64,000 nucleotides of DNA. Origin: Ramazzottius varieornatus. Its lineage: Eukaryota; Animalia; Tardigrada. Positions 49,192 to 60,000 of the stretch are shown here, piece after piece. The stretch covers positions 3,179,324-3,243,323 of the forward strand of contig BDGG01000001.1 in assembly GCA_001949185.1 (NCBI GenBank), given 5' to 3'. A program made the position numbers and the translations under genes. Position 1 is the stretch's first letter. The number at the start of each line of letters is the position of its first letter. The notes under the pieces are model-generated. The model worked only from the letters and a program-made list of their open reading frames with translations. It was not told the origin of the DNA and ran no database searches.

Positions 49192-50457
49192 ATGAGTGAC
49201 AACGAAGAGAATCTTCCAGACGAGCAGCAGCCTCATAATCTCAATAATCCCGTTCGTGAAAGAGTTGTGGTCTTACTGGGAAAGACGTTCGATGAAGGAA
49301 AGATTGAGGATATCGTCTTTGATATCGAAAGACTGGCTGATTCTAAGCCAGCTGTCCTCTTCAACTATGGACCTTCTTCTGATATTACGATGGAAAAGCT
49401 GGAGCGTCTCGCACCTCAAGGACTGTGTATCGTCGAGATTGTTGGTCAGAAACTGTTAGTTAACCTGGACCTCCTGGACAGACGAATGCCATGGGGACCA
49501 GATGCGATTTGTCGTCTTCTAAAGATGCCCCTCATCATTGATGTGTAAGCCTTGAAATTCAAATCAAACTCAATCAATCGAAGTTTATAGTGAAGTACAC
49601 TCGTACCAATCAGTTCAATCAACTCACAAGGAAAATAAATTTTGAAATTCGGGCTTGGACAGCGACGGGCAAAATGTGAGCCCCGTTTCGTGTAGCTGGT
49701 CGTCGTCTTGCCTTGGCCTAGAACATACGCTGATCTGGTGGTCCACGTTGTGGCCTTGACTGTAATCCCACTGACGTCACTGTGCTTGTTTCTTGCAGGT
49801 CGCCGAATTTGGTTTCTCCTCGCTTCCTGAATGCTCACGATCTTCCAGACGATGGAAGTGACACTCGCAGCAACTCGAATCTCTTCTTTATGACGGAAGA
49901 CATTGTGGACATGATGAGGGAAATCCGTATGCTGATAGCAGACGGAGAAAGAGTGATTGAGAAGCAGAAACGATGGACCCATACCTGGTGTCCACGGACC
50001 ATCTTCGACTGTCTCAGCGGAAACCCGATAGTTTTTTGGAGCGACACGCCAGGACGAAATATGAGTTTAGAAAAGGTACCGTAACAAACTGGGACTAATC
50101 TTACCGATATTCTAAACTTGTAAATTGAACCATATTGATATTTCAAGCGGCGCACACTTCCGTTGTCTTTGACTGAAAGTGTGCGCCACTTGGTACAACG
50201 ATCTGGTTCAAATCAATTCCCCCGTCTGATTTGCGGTGTATCTATAGGATGCTTTATGGAGAGTCCAATGGATAGATGGTGAGCGGAAGAGACCGGTGTA
50301 TTCCTTTTACGTGCCTCATGCCTGTATGACACCTGCCGTCAAGACGTACATCCAGCAATGGACAGACCGAATCTACGACAGGTCGCTTCCGCATCAAAAC
50401 TACTTTTTGCTCTTCGAGAGAATGCAGGAACAGAGCGAACCTTCTGTGATGATTTGA
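49192..50457 (+). CDS. UPF0739 / C1orf74 (DUF4504)-like protein
   Basis: KPAVLFNY, LCIVEI, IIDVS, WCPRTIFDCLSGNPIVF and VYSFYVP parallel C1orf74 KPAVLYD, LHILEI, FVDVS, WNLCTVFGILLGYPVPY and LYSFSVP (recalled motifs). Exons 49192-49544, 49799-50075, 50248-50457. Confidence 0.75.
50144..50192. repeat. Copy of dispersed intronic inverted-repeat element
   Basis: CAAGCGGCGCACACTT...AAGTGTGCGCCACTTG in intron 50076-50247. Confidence 0.85.
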
Positions 50458-50940
50458 AACCTCTTTTCGCGTTCGGTTTCCTAACTGATTAAGTTTTTCT
50501 TCTCGAATCGGAATGTACTTTTTCGCGTTTCTACTGTCTTGATCCCTCTGATCCTTGGCTTTTTGTGTTGAATCTTTGGAATGGCCTCGACTCTTGAGCG
50601 TATATAAGTCCGACGATCGAATTTTCTTTGAGAAAATTGAGTTCTACTTCGCATTGACCTGCTTGATGCTCGTTTGGGTTGTGTACATTTTACCTACGAC
50701 CAGCCTGAAATTGTTTGATGCTGGGTGTAGTTCGCGGTAAGGATTAAGTTGACTTTCTGGCTGAATAGACACTCAAAGAACCTATTTTGCGGACTGGTAT
50801 GGGGAGAACTTTTGTTGGATGAGTTTTACTGCTTCTTATGAAAACTGCAAGTATAGACAGTGAAAAAGCAGCAGCGGCAAGAAGTCACATGCGATGAAAA
50901 GATCACGAATGGAAAAATTAGAACGTTAGGCTTCCAAGAT

Positions 50941-52080
50941 TTATTGTTCATCTTGGTCATCTCCGGCTCGGCCGGATGGAGAAGCTTGTTGGCCTCCATA
51001 CCCTGGCATGCTTGCTGGTCTGAAAGCGTTATCATCCTGGGAACCATTACTAGGACTGCTGTCTCCGTTGCCCAAAAGTATATCGGAAATGAGCTTTTGT
51101 CGATCGCTGAAAGAGTCTGACTGATAGTTGGCGTTGATCTTGAGAGTGGGCGTCTTCAAGAAACTTCCGCGTGTCAGGTTGTTGTTGTCTTGCTTGCGCA
51201 GGCGGGCTTCCCGGTTTCCATCAGCTGTCTGTCGGACACTTCCGCTTGCGATACGGTTAGCACGGTCAGTCAACATGGCTCCGGAGGAAAACTGCTCGGT
51301 GTCCAAGGTTCCCACAAACTGAGTCAGTCGATCGCGACCACGAGTATAGTTCTTCTCGCTTTCCTGGCTGGTGATGACGTGGGTCTTGATCTTGTTACCG
51401 GTGTTCTCGGTCAGGACAGCCGTACGCATGTTGAAGCCAGGACCTTCGAAGGTCTGGACTTGGCCGTTGCGGATAAAGTCCGTGGCGTTCTTGTTCTTGA
51501 TGCGGATGCTCTGGTCCTCATAGGCATTCTTATCCTTCTTCTTGTAACCCTCGTTGACGGAGTCGACAGTTATGCGAAGACTCGGTCGCTTAAGCCTCTG
51601 CAGGTAGTCGGACATGGCATCGGGTCGCTGCAGGTCGCCGTGGTTTTGGGACCCGTTGTCCTGGGCCGATTGAGCAGAGGGCGCTGGAGCAGCTGGCGGA
51701 GGTGACTGTGTCTGAGACGGGACCTGTGGGGCTTGAGCGGGCTGCACTTGGTCGTCATTGTCTTGCTGTTGGGGTGCGGAGTTATCACCGCCTTGCATAC
51801 TGTAGGACCTCACGCTAGACGCGGAATTCGCCGATGGTAGCTGGCCAGCATCAGATGCCGAACTCATTTGTGACCTCATCGAGCTGATGTCTCCTGGTAC
51901 TGGAAGGTTCGGGTACATCGGTAGGGAGGAGACTACACAACAGCCTGCAAAAAGTTGGTCTCACTAGTACCTCTATATGGCTTCAGAAAGGCCAGGTGTA
52001 CTGGTAGATGTTTTCAGTTTTTAATTTTTGAGTAAAACGAGAAGCTTACCGACAAACATCAACAGGGCGCTGCGGATCAT
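50941..52080 (-). CDS. Secreted protein of unknown function
   Basis: Exon 52080-52050 spliced to 51944-50941 gives signal peptide MIRSALLMFVGCCVVSS followed by a ~325-aa hydrophilic ORF. Confidence 0.75.
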
Positions 52081-53045
52081 GGTTGCGGATTTGAGAGGAA
52101 ACCCAGTCAGAACAGGAGCCACAGACGGATGATAAACTAATCGCGGTAGCTCCGAAGGTTGAGTGTTCTTGAAGGTTACAATAAGTTGGAAAGTTTCTGG
52201 TGGACCCACAATTTTATACATGTGGTTGCGGCCCGATAAACTTTGTTTGTCGGCAAAGGACAACGTGTTGGAAAGTGATATTGGAGGTAATCCAATTTCT
52301 CCACGCTTGTACGGTTTATGGTCACACAAGGTGTAATTAACGCAACTATGTAGCAAAAACTGAGCAGGTTTCTTTTCTCCTTCCTTCCGGAACGATATGG
52401 CAAGCTGCTTATGCGAAACCCGTGGGACCACGCGGACAGTAGCATGCTTTTGTGACTCCAGTGTTATTTACCGCTAATAAAAAGCGATTATAAATCTTCT
52501 ACTTTTTGGCTCCATTAAAGTCCCGTTTCACATTTTTTGTCTTCTTCTTTGAAATTAGATGCTAGAGGCTTTTCATGAATTGGTGGCATTCCTCAACAGT
52601 GTGATTTCATGACCTTGATCTGCCGCTTCTATAGACTATGTATCTTCGCGTGTTGCGTAAGAAATGATTACAGTTGTGAACTACTGAGATTTCATTCTCT
52701 CTTATGCGGAAAGAGTGACAGTTTATGGGTAAGTCCGGTCCTCCCTCGCCAACCGACACAGCAAAAAAGGTTGTTAGTTGCGCAACCGCAATCTGCAAAG
52801 CTGCATGCGCAGTCACCTCTAATGCCGGAAAAGAAACATTGTTCTACAGTATGCGCAGTCATTGTTTTTTGCTCAGACCTGACATCAGAATTGTATCACG
52901 ATTCCCGAAAGGTGCAGTACATGTTATAATAACATCAGAGGCCTCGACGTTCAAGATTTTGCAACATAAGGCATATCGAAGAGTGCAGATCTTCCTAGTT
53001 AAATATTTTGGTAAACTTAAAGGACGTATACGGCAGTACCTAAAA

Positions 53046-54169
53046 ATGGCGGTAGCTTGGTCCACGCTTCTCTACTTGATCGTCTTGTTGGCGGTAATTA
53101 ACAACTCCGAGCTGGTTGGTAGCGCCTCCATTACCGGCCATTTGGAAGAGCTTGTCCGGGATATTCGCGCTACGGTGAGTACAGGACTATCGGACTCTAA
53201 CTTCGATAACTTTCATTTTTCAACCAGGAAGTTATTTTTCTAGATTGACAGAGTAAGCCTATCCACCACCGGACAGCGGTCATCTTCAGGAGATGGGCGT
53301 CGGATAGACAGTCTTCCTCAGAATTCCCAGCAGACTTTGAAGATCCCGGTAGAATCGAGTCCGGCCGCGGTGCTATGGTGGGATGGTTCATCGGTATGTG
53401 TCAATCGTACCAAAATCCTGGACAAGAGCAACGAGACTACGACGGAGCCTTCACCATTGGATTCGAGCAACAGTTCCGGCCATGCTATATTGACCATGTG
53501 TCGTATTGTGGGCAACAAAAGACACTGTAGAACCCGGTAAGCGTGCGAGATTTGGCGTCGGCAAGTGAATCGAATATTATCAGTATCCCAAGTGGCGCAC
53601 GTTCTCAGCGCTGTTGGTCGAACCTGTGCGCCACTTCGGATAATCAGAAGGTGCAAGTCATTTGACAGACCTCACATATCCTCCAAGTACCGTAGTGGCT
53701 TCGTGCCATAATTGAATTACGTATTCATCAAATATACTTCCCGGTCCTAATAAGGGAGTCCGTCAACGGATCGAATTTCGAAGAGTTCTCGACAACTTAC
53801 GAATGTTGCAAGGGTTTCGTACTGCATAACAATCAGGAATGTGTTCGGGACAACGATAGTGACTCAGATGTACCTCTGGATGATGAGAACGACGACGACG
53901 ATACAGGCACGGACAACTTGCTGGGGAGGTTTCTGGAGGAATCGATCCGCACCCAGTCGCTAGTGCTGAGAGCACTGGATGCCGGTGCTCCAACTAACGA
54001 AGACGGTGGCGATGAGCAGCTGATGCCGGTTCTGGTATTCAAAAAGAAGACATTACCTACTGTACAGTCCGCATCGATCTCTCACACTTCCTCTCGGAAT
54101 GCCACGGATGGCAGCAGTTCCTCCAAACTGTCCTCTCGCTCGGACCTCCATTTTTCCGTAACGATATAG
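53046..54169 (+). CDS. Secreted protein with EMI-like/fasciclin-N-terminal cysteine-rich domain
   Basis: Signal peptide, then WWDGSSVCV...MCRIVGNKRHCRTR...TTYECCKGF......C and an acidic tail. Exons 53046-53174, 53244-53536, 53755-54169. Confidence 0.65.
53584..53642. repeat. Copy of dispersed intronic inverted-repeat element
   Basis: TATCCCAAGTGGCGCAC-N25-GTGCGCCACTTCGGATA in intron 53537-53754. Confidence 0.85.
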
Positions 54170-55344
54170 AAAATTCTGTTTGAGAATCATCACTAAGTCA
54201 ATACTTTTCTTCAAACTGTTTGGAATGTTTCTGGAGAAAAAGTAGCTTTCTTTACGTTAAACTCCCTTTGATTTCCCAGGCGGAACTCTCGCACATGCAC
54301 TTCCAAACACGTAACTCCGGCACTCCTACTCAAACTAAATAAGAATCTCAAAGCGAATGAGGGCGCCACTGTACTAAGTGTGCTGTATTTGCTATAATTC
54401 ACAGTCTCGAACAGACACCCGTTTTCCTGCAGAGGTAGAAAAATTTATTTCTAGTCATACGATCGAAGTTGCCTACTCTCTCCTGACTATCAATTACACA
54501 AGGTTGCGCTCATCGAACGATTAGTTATTATGCAATTTTGGGATCATTGTACTAGTCACGTGCGTTACCCGCCGTTTGTCCGTCACGGCTACTTTAACTT
54601 CAAAAGCTCATAATTGGTTGATCCTCCCTATGAATGAAGGGACTAAATATTCCCTGTTGACTAACCTTCCTCTTTTCATAATGGTTATCATCGATGCTCC
54701 CTGTTGTCTGATGGCTCTAATTTTAATCTGGTCATTGTCCACTGCAACGAGATTGAAGAAGTCCCGGCACAATCTGGTGGTAGAAGCGTGCGATGATGAC
54801 CGGCGTAATGAACCGCAATGCGACCGGAGATTGTTTTGCCATTTCCAGGGGTCCTTTCCCGCCTTCGTTTCCTCTCTGCGATAACAGTTTAACAGAGATA
54901 ACAGAGACAGACGTAATGGAATTTTAACATCAGAGTAGGCCCGTCCGTAAGGGACGTACGGCTATAGCTAGCTGGCGCTGCCCGCCCACGTACGAAATGG
55001 CGCGAGTTACGTGTGTCGCCATTTCATCCACAAACACGCTGGGTAGGAAGCCAATCCGGCTTGTCCTTTCGTGCTGCGAAATCAGGAAGACACACAAGCG
55101 ACGGTGGACTCGATTAACTGAGCCCATACAAAGCAGTGCACTGGATCCCACTGATTAGCAGCTCATGTTCCCTGTCACCGCCAAAGTGATTTCGTAGTAG
55201 CCGCCTTCCATCAGTGTTAGAGACCGCACTCCCTGGTCTCGCCAACGCTTTCTTCAGTAAACGCTATAAAGGCCGCATTTCTTACTGTGTTTTACAAAGC
55301 TTCGGAATCCTTTCTGTGAACTTGGCTGTTGCGCTGGGACAAAG

Positions 55345-56766
55345 ATGGATTCTGGTGTACCTTCAAGTTTTTCCTCGCATGGTACCTCTTCATCCATGCA
55401 TCGTCATTATTCGGCACATACTGGAGTTCCAGTCGGCGGTAGTGCTTCGGCACTGGTAGATGAACATTTTCCGGGTTCCTCGCAAATATCATATCATGTG
55501 GGCAGCAGTCATTATCCGCCCATCGCCATCCAGAATCACTGGAAACCTCAAACATTGGTAAGCTGGGAAACACCGTTGGGTGGGGCTTCACAGATGCACT
55601 CGAATAGTGCCGTTGCTTATCCCACGGATACTTTCGGCACCGAAGACCCACATCGCCAGTATGAAGCCACTCCAGTTGTCTACAATAGTTACTTGGATCA
55701 GAGGTATATTTCAACTGTCAATAGTAACAATATTGCGGAATAGTTATCGCTTTACAACTGATGAACTTCATCACACATAAAGAAATTTTGGCGATTCTCA
55801 TCGTTTACCTTACATTCCGAAAAGTTTACTTACTATATATGCAAGTTTTGTGAGATTCGTGCAAACGAGTATTCAGTCCACCGAAGTACCTGCAAGGTCT
55901 ATTCTTCCAGGGATGGATATTATGGGTCTCAAACCTCCGAAGAGAAGCAGTATGTTTCTCGAGCGGCGGCCGAAATGTTGCTGTCCCTCAAACAGATCAC
56001 CTTCCCGGAAGAAGCCTCCCGTCATCAGCCTCATGGCTATGTCCAAGGAGCACAGTATGAACATCGCCAGGAGCCGTACGAATACATTCCCCATTACCCA
56101 CAGGTTCAGCCGGTCAGCGTTAACTTTCAAATGACCATGTCTTGTATCAGCGGTGTCGCCAGTGTTCCTTCGCACTATAATCGACCTCCCACTGTGAACC
56201 CCGCCACATCCAAGCCGCTCGAACCACCTAAGCGAAAGCCGCATTCGAATGGCCACAACCATGCCCGTCCCCACTCTGCACTCCAGTACCACCGGGTTTC
56301 CTCACACTACGACGCAGGACCCGGAAGTGGCGAGAAGGTGAATATTTGCACGGTCTGCCAGAAGTCCTATGCTCGGCCCTCAACGCTCAAGACCCACATG
56401 CGGACTCACTCTGGAGAAAAGCCCTACATGTGCCATCTGTGTCCCAAGACTTTCACGCAGGCAGCTAACTTGACGGCGCATGGGCGAACGCATTCGGGGG
56501 AAAAGCCTTTTCGATGTCCCGTGTGCGAGCGCCGCTTCTCCCAATCCAGTTCCGTCACCACCCACATGCGCACTCATTCGGGAGAGCGGCCGTATCGGTG
56601 CCGTGTCTGCAAGAAAGCCTTCAGTGACAGCTCTACATTGACAAAACACATCCGTATCCATTCTGGAGAAAAGCCCTATCAATGCCATCTTTGCATGCTG
56701 CGATTCAGCCAGTCCGGAAACCTCAACCGTCATATGAAAGTCCATTTAGCAGAACGGCATAACTAA
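55345..56766 (+). CDS. gl: Glass-like five-C2H2 zinc-finger transcription factor
   Basis: Finger helices [34 protein letters not shown] and QSGNLNRH are the diagnostic Glass array. Exons 55345-55703 and 55911-56766. Confidence 0.92.
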
Positions 56767-57074
56767 AATTAGCCCTACGCGAAACCAAATATTTTCCTCT
56801 TCTATTCAGAAGCTGTTCACTCTAGTCATCAAAAATCCAGCTTTCGTCAACACCATTTTCACAGTTTTGAATAAAAAATTAAATAACCTTTCCACCCTTC
56901 TCAAGAAAAACCAACAATCAACAACCAAACCTGGCACACAGGAACAAAGAACCACACGAAGTCAAAGGCACACGTAAAAGGCTAATAGTCAGAGAAAAGG
57001 AACAAATTCTAGGAGAATTTTTATTACCGGATGGAGTTTGAACTGGAGGAATCTCTACCAAAACCATTCTAACT

Positions 57075-60000
57075 TCAACTATAAAATGTCATCACCGACT
57101 GCTGGTTACCGCGAAGAAGAAGTATGGGTGGCATTCCGCTGGTTAACGTTTCCAGCCAAGCCAGATACAGGGTAGGATTACCGTTCTTTTTCGGCACCGG
57201 TAAGGTCATCACGATAAGGGAGGCGTCGGAAGAGTGCTCCTTCAGTAGCTCCCTCATTCTGGAAACTTTCGTTTTATTTGAAACTATATTGAAATTAAAC
57301 TGGGTGGCAATAAACTGACTGGGTGTAAGTTTTCGAAATCAATTATAGTTTTAGTGGATGACAATAAATAGAGTGGGTTTTGACTAATTCGGTGGGCGAC
57401 AATAACCTTAGTTGGTTTACTGGATGACAATAACCATTTCCTACTTTGATTTTGAGAGCATTTCATTTTCAATTTATATTCATTGACTTATCGGCAACAA
57501 TACCATACCTGATGTGGCGTTGAGTGCGCACGAAATTTTCGGTCAGGTCGGTTTTGGTGATCGGTTGCGGATGGCTGACATGATCATCGGGAGAGGCTGT
57601 CGCGCTTCCGTCTCCCTTTTCACTTGGACTAGACGGCTCAGCTTCCGACGTCGCGTCAGAAGCTACGTTGGCTCGAAAAGGCTGAATTAACTGATTGAAC
57701 CATATCACACTGCAAAAAACAAGATGATTAAGTAGTTAAAATACGACTGTAGACACAAGTACGACTGTAGCCAACCTGTCTTCCTTCGGCGGTTTTGTCG
57801 TGTTGACCGCTACAGCGTCCGAAAAATCGATGCGGAATCTTCTCAGAAGAGCAATCATCTTGCGCTGGGCTTCATCCAGTAGATGAGGCTTCCCTTGAAG
57901 GTAGAATATTTTTAGCTTGCATCCGTCCCACGGTGGCTTCTTGCTGATAAGATGTGGGATCAACAACGTCAGACCTAAGCATGTACTCGGACACGTTATA
58001 GCAGTCAAAAACGGGGCAAGGAAAACCATGCAGCCACTTACCCCCGTCGTCGTAAAGCCACCACACGTGAATTTCGCCCACAATTTGGTCCTTTGTGTTC
58101 TTGTGGAACCGGTCAGCCAGTTCCATCCTCGAAAGGTACTGAGACTTCTTGAGCTCTTCACTGACCTCCTCGATGGCTTCATGCACATTTTGGAACGACC
58201 TTACGCGCCTCTGCGTTGGCGGTTCCGACAGAAGAGAGGAATGATTGTTTTTTAGTGCGTCTTCCGGCACTACAGACACACCGAAAGACTTCCCTTTAGT
58301 CATCGTAGGTAGACTCTCTCTCCTTTCCATCACTAAAGACAAAAATCTCAAAGTTGATGTTTTACATTTGTACAAATTGTATTTAGATGGGACAAATTTT
58401 TATCCATCGGCATACCAGGAATCAGTCCTTGATTTTCCGCCTGGTGGGAATCGTCGGCCTGGAAGTCGCCAGGATGTGACTCGGTTCCGTCATTGTGGGA
58501 CAAGGTAGTCAGATTGAAGGTGGACCCGGTAACGTCTTCGAGTGCTTCAACGTACATTCCTTCTTGCAGCCGGAATATCCCGACACCCATGTTCATGTCG
58601 AAAGAGTCGCTGATCGCTTCGCAGTACTCAACGTTGACCACAGACGTCCGTTTCATCCAGCCTCGAGAAAAGCCAAAGATTACCATGTTGGGCTTCATTT
58701 TGCCTATTCCAACAGTCTACAAAAAAAACCAAAAATTCTCTTTCGCGTTATGCTTAATTTGAGAATCCGAATACAAATTTCATAGTTCTAAACGTACCTG
58801 GAGAAGGGCTCGAACGCCTTGCCGGAAGTTAGGTGCTGCCACGGCGCTATGAAAGCACTTGAGTTTCTTCTCTTTGAACCACGCATAGACTGGCTTGTTA
58901 AGTTTATGAACAGCGTGAAGGTTTTCTTCTCCCTGAAAAAAATTTACCAATCTGTTCAAAGCCGGAGCATTTGCAGTTGGATTCTAAACTAACTTACAGC
59001 AAGGACCTGACCGCAAATCATCAAGCCGTGACTTTTTGTGAAGGTGTTGACAAAATAGACCAGAGCTGGTCGCGATGACGGTAGCCCGGAAAGCAGGAGG
59101 ACCTGAGGCCTGCAAACATTGGACGATCCGTAAGTAATGTCAACCGGAAGTAAGACCACCAACATCGAGACTTTCTTGATGAGTAGAACGCCGAAATCGT
59201 TCACAACTGATTCAATAAGCTGTGTATCTACCGGAAGTTCTTGACGTGATCCTCCACTGTCATCAGCTTCAGCGCTTGTTGCACGGTTGACTTAAAGGCA
59301 CGAGCTTGGATAGAGGAACCCCAATTGACATCCGGTGCTTTGAAGTGCATGTACAAGTAGAGGAACACTGCAAAGGTTATAGAGTCAACCTTCAGTTGAT
59401 CGTCATCAGGCAAAGTATTGCGAAGAATCTATCTTTACCAATTAGGGTCATGGTGAGTAGAGCTCCCAGCCAGTTGATCATGAACATGCACGTTACACAC
59501 AACAGGGCGCCAAGGAGGCTAACCCACTGATTGAAAAATCGGAATGCAGGCCTGAACCCTGTAAAAGAAGAGATGAACGGTGCCCGAAAAGAAATGAAAG
59601 ATACTGGTAGTATGCATTGAATTCCAAGATTGACCTGGTGAAGCGGACAATGAAGCATCGAAGCACGCATAGTTGATCAGGACGTATGTTCCGATGTAAA
59701 AGTTGGAAATGATCAGCGCGATGGCGTTCAGGTCGGCTAAGAAAAAAGCTAATCTCCATGTTTTGAGTTCTTGATTGACCACATTACGTCCATAGTTTAT
59801 TCGACCCACCGATGGCGACTACTGCGCATCCAATGAAGAAAGCCAACACGTACGCCAGCCGAGGTTCGTCAGTCTTTCCGTAGCCTTTGCCGAACACCCC
59901 AATGTAGGGAAACAGATTGTCCCGACAAAGTGCCTAAAAACAGTTGTAAGTTAGACTACCTTCAAAGAATTACTACCACTTTGCCAAAAGAAGTTCCCAC

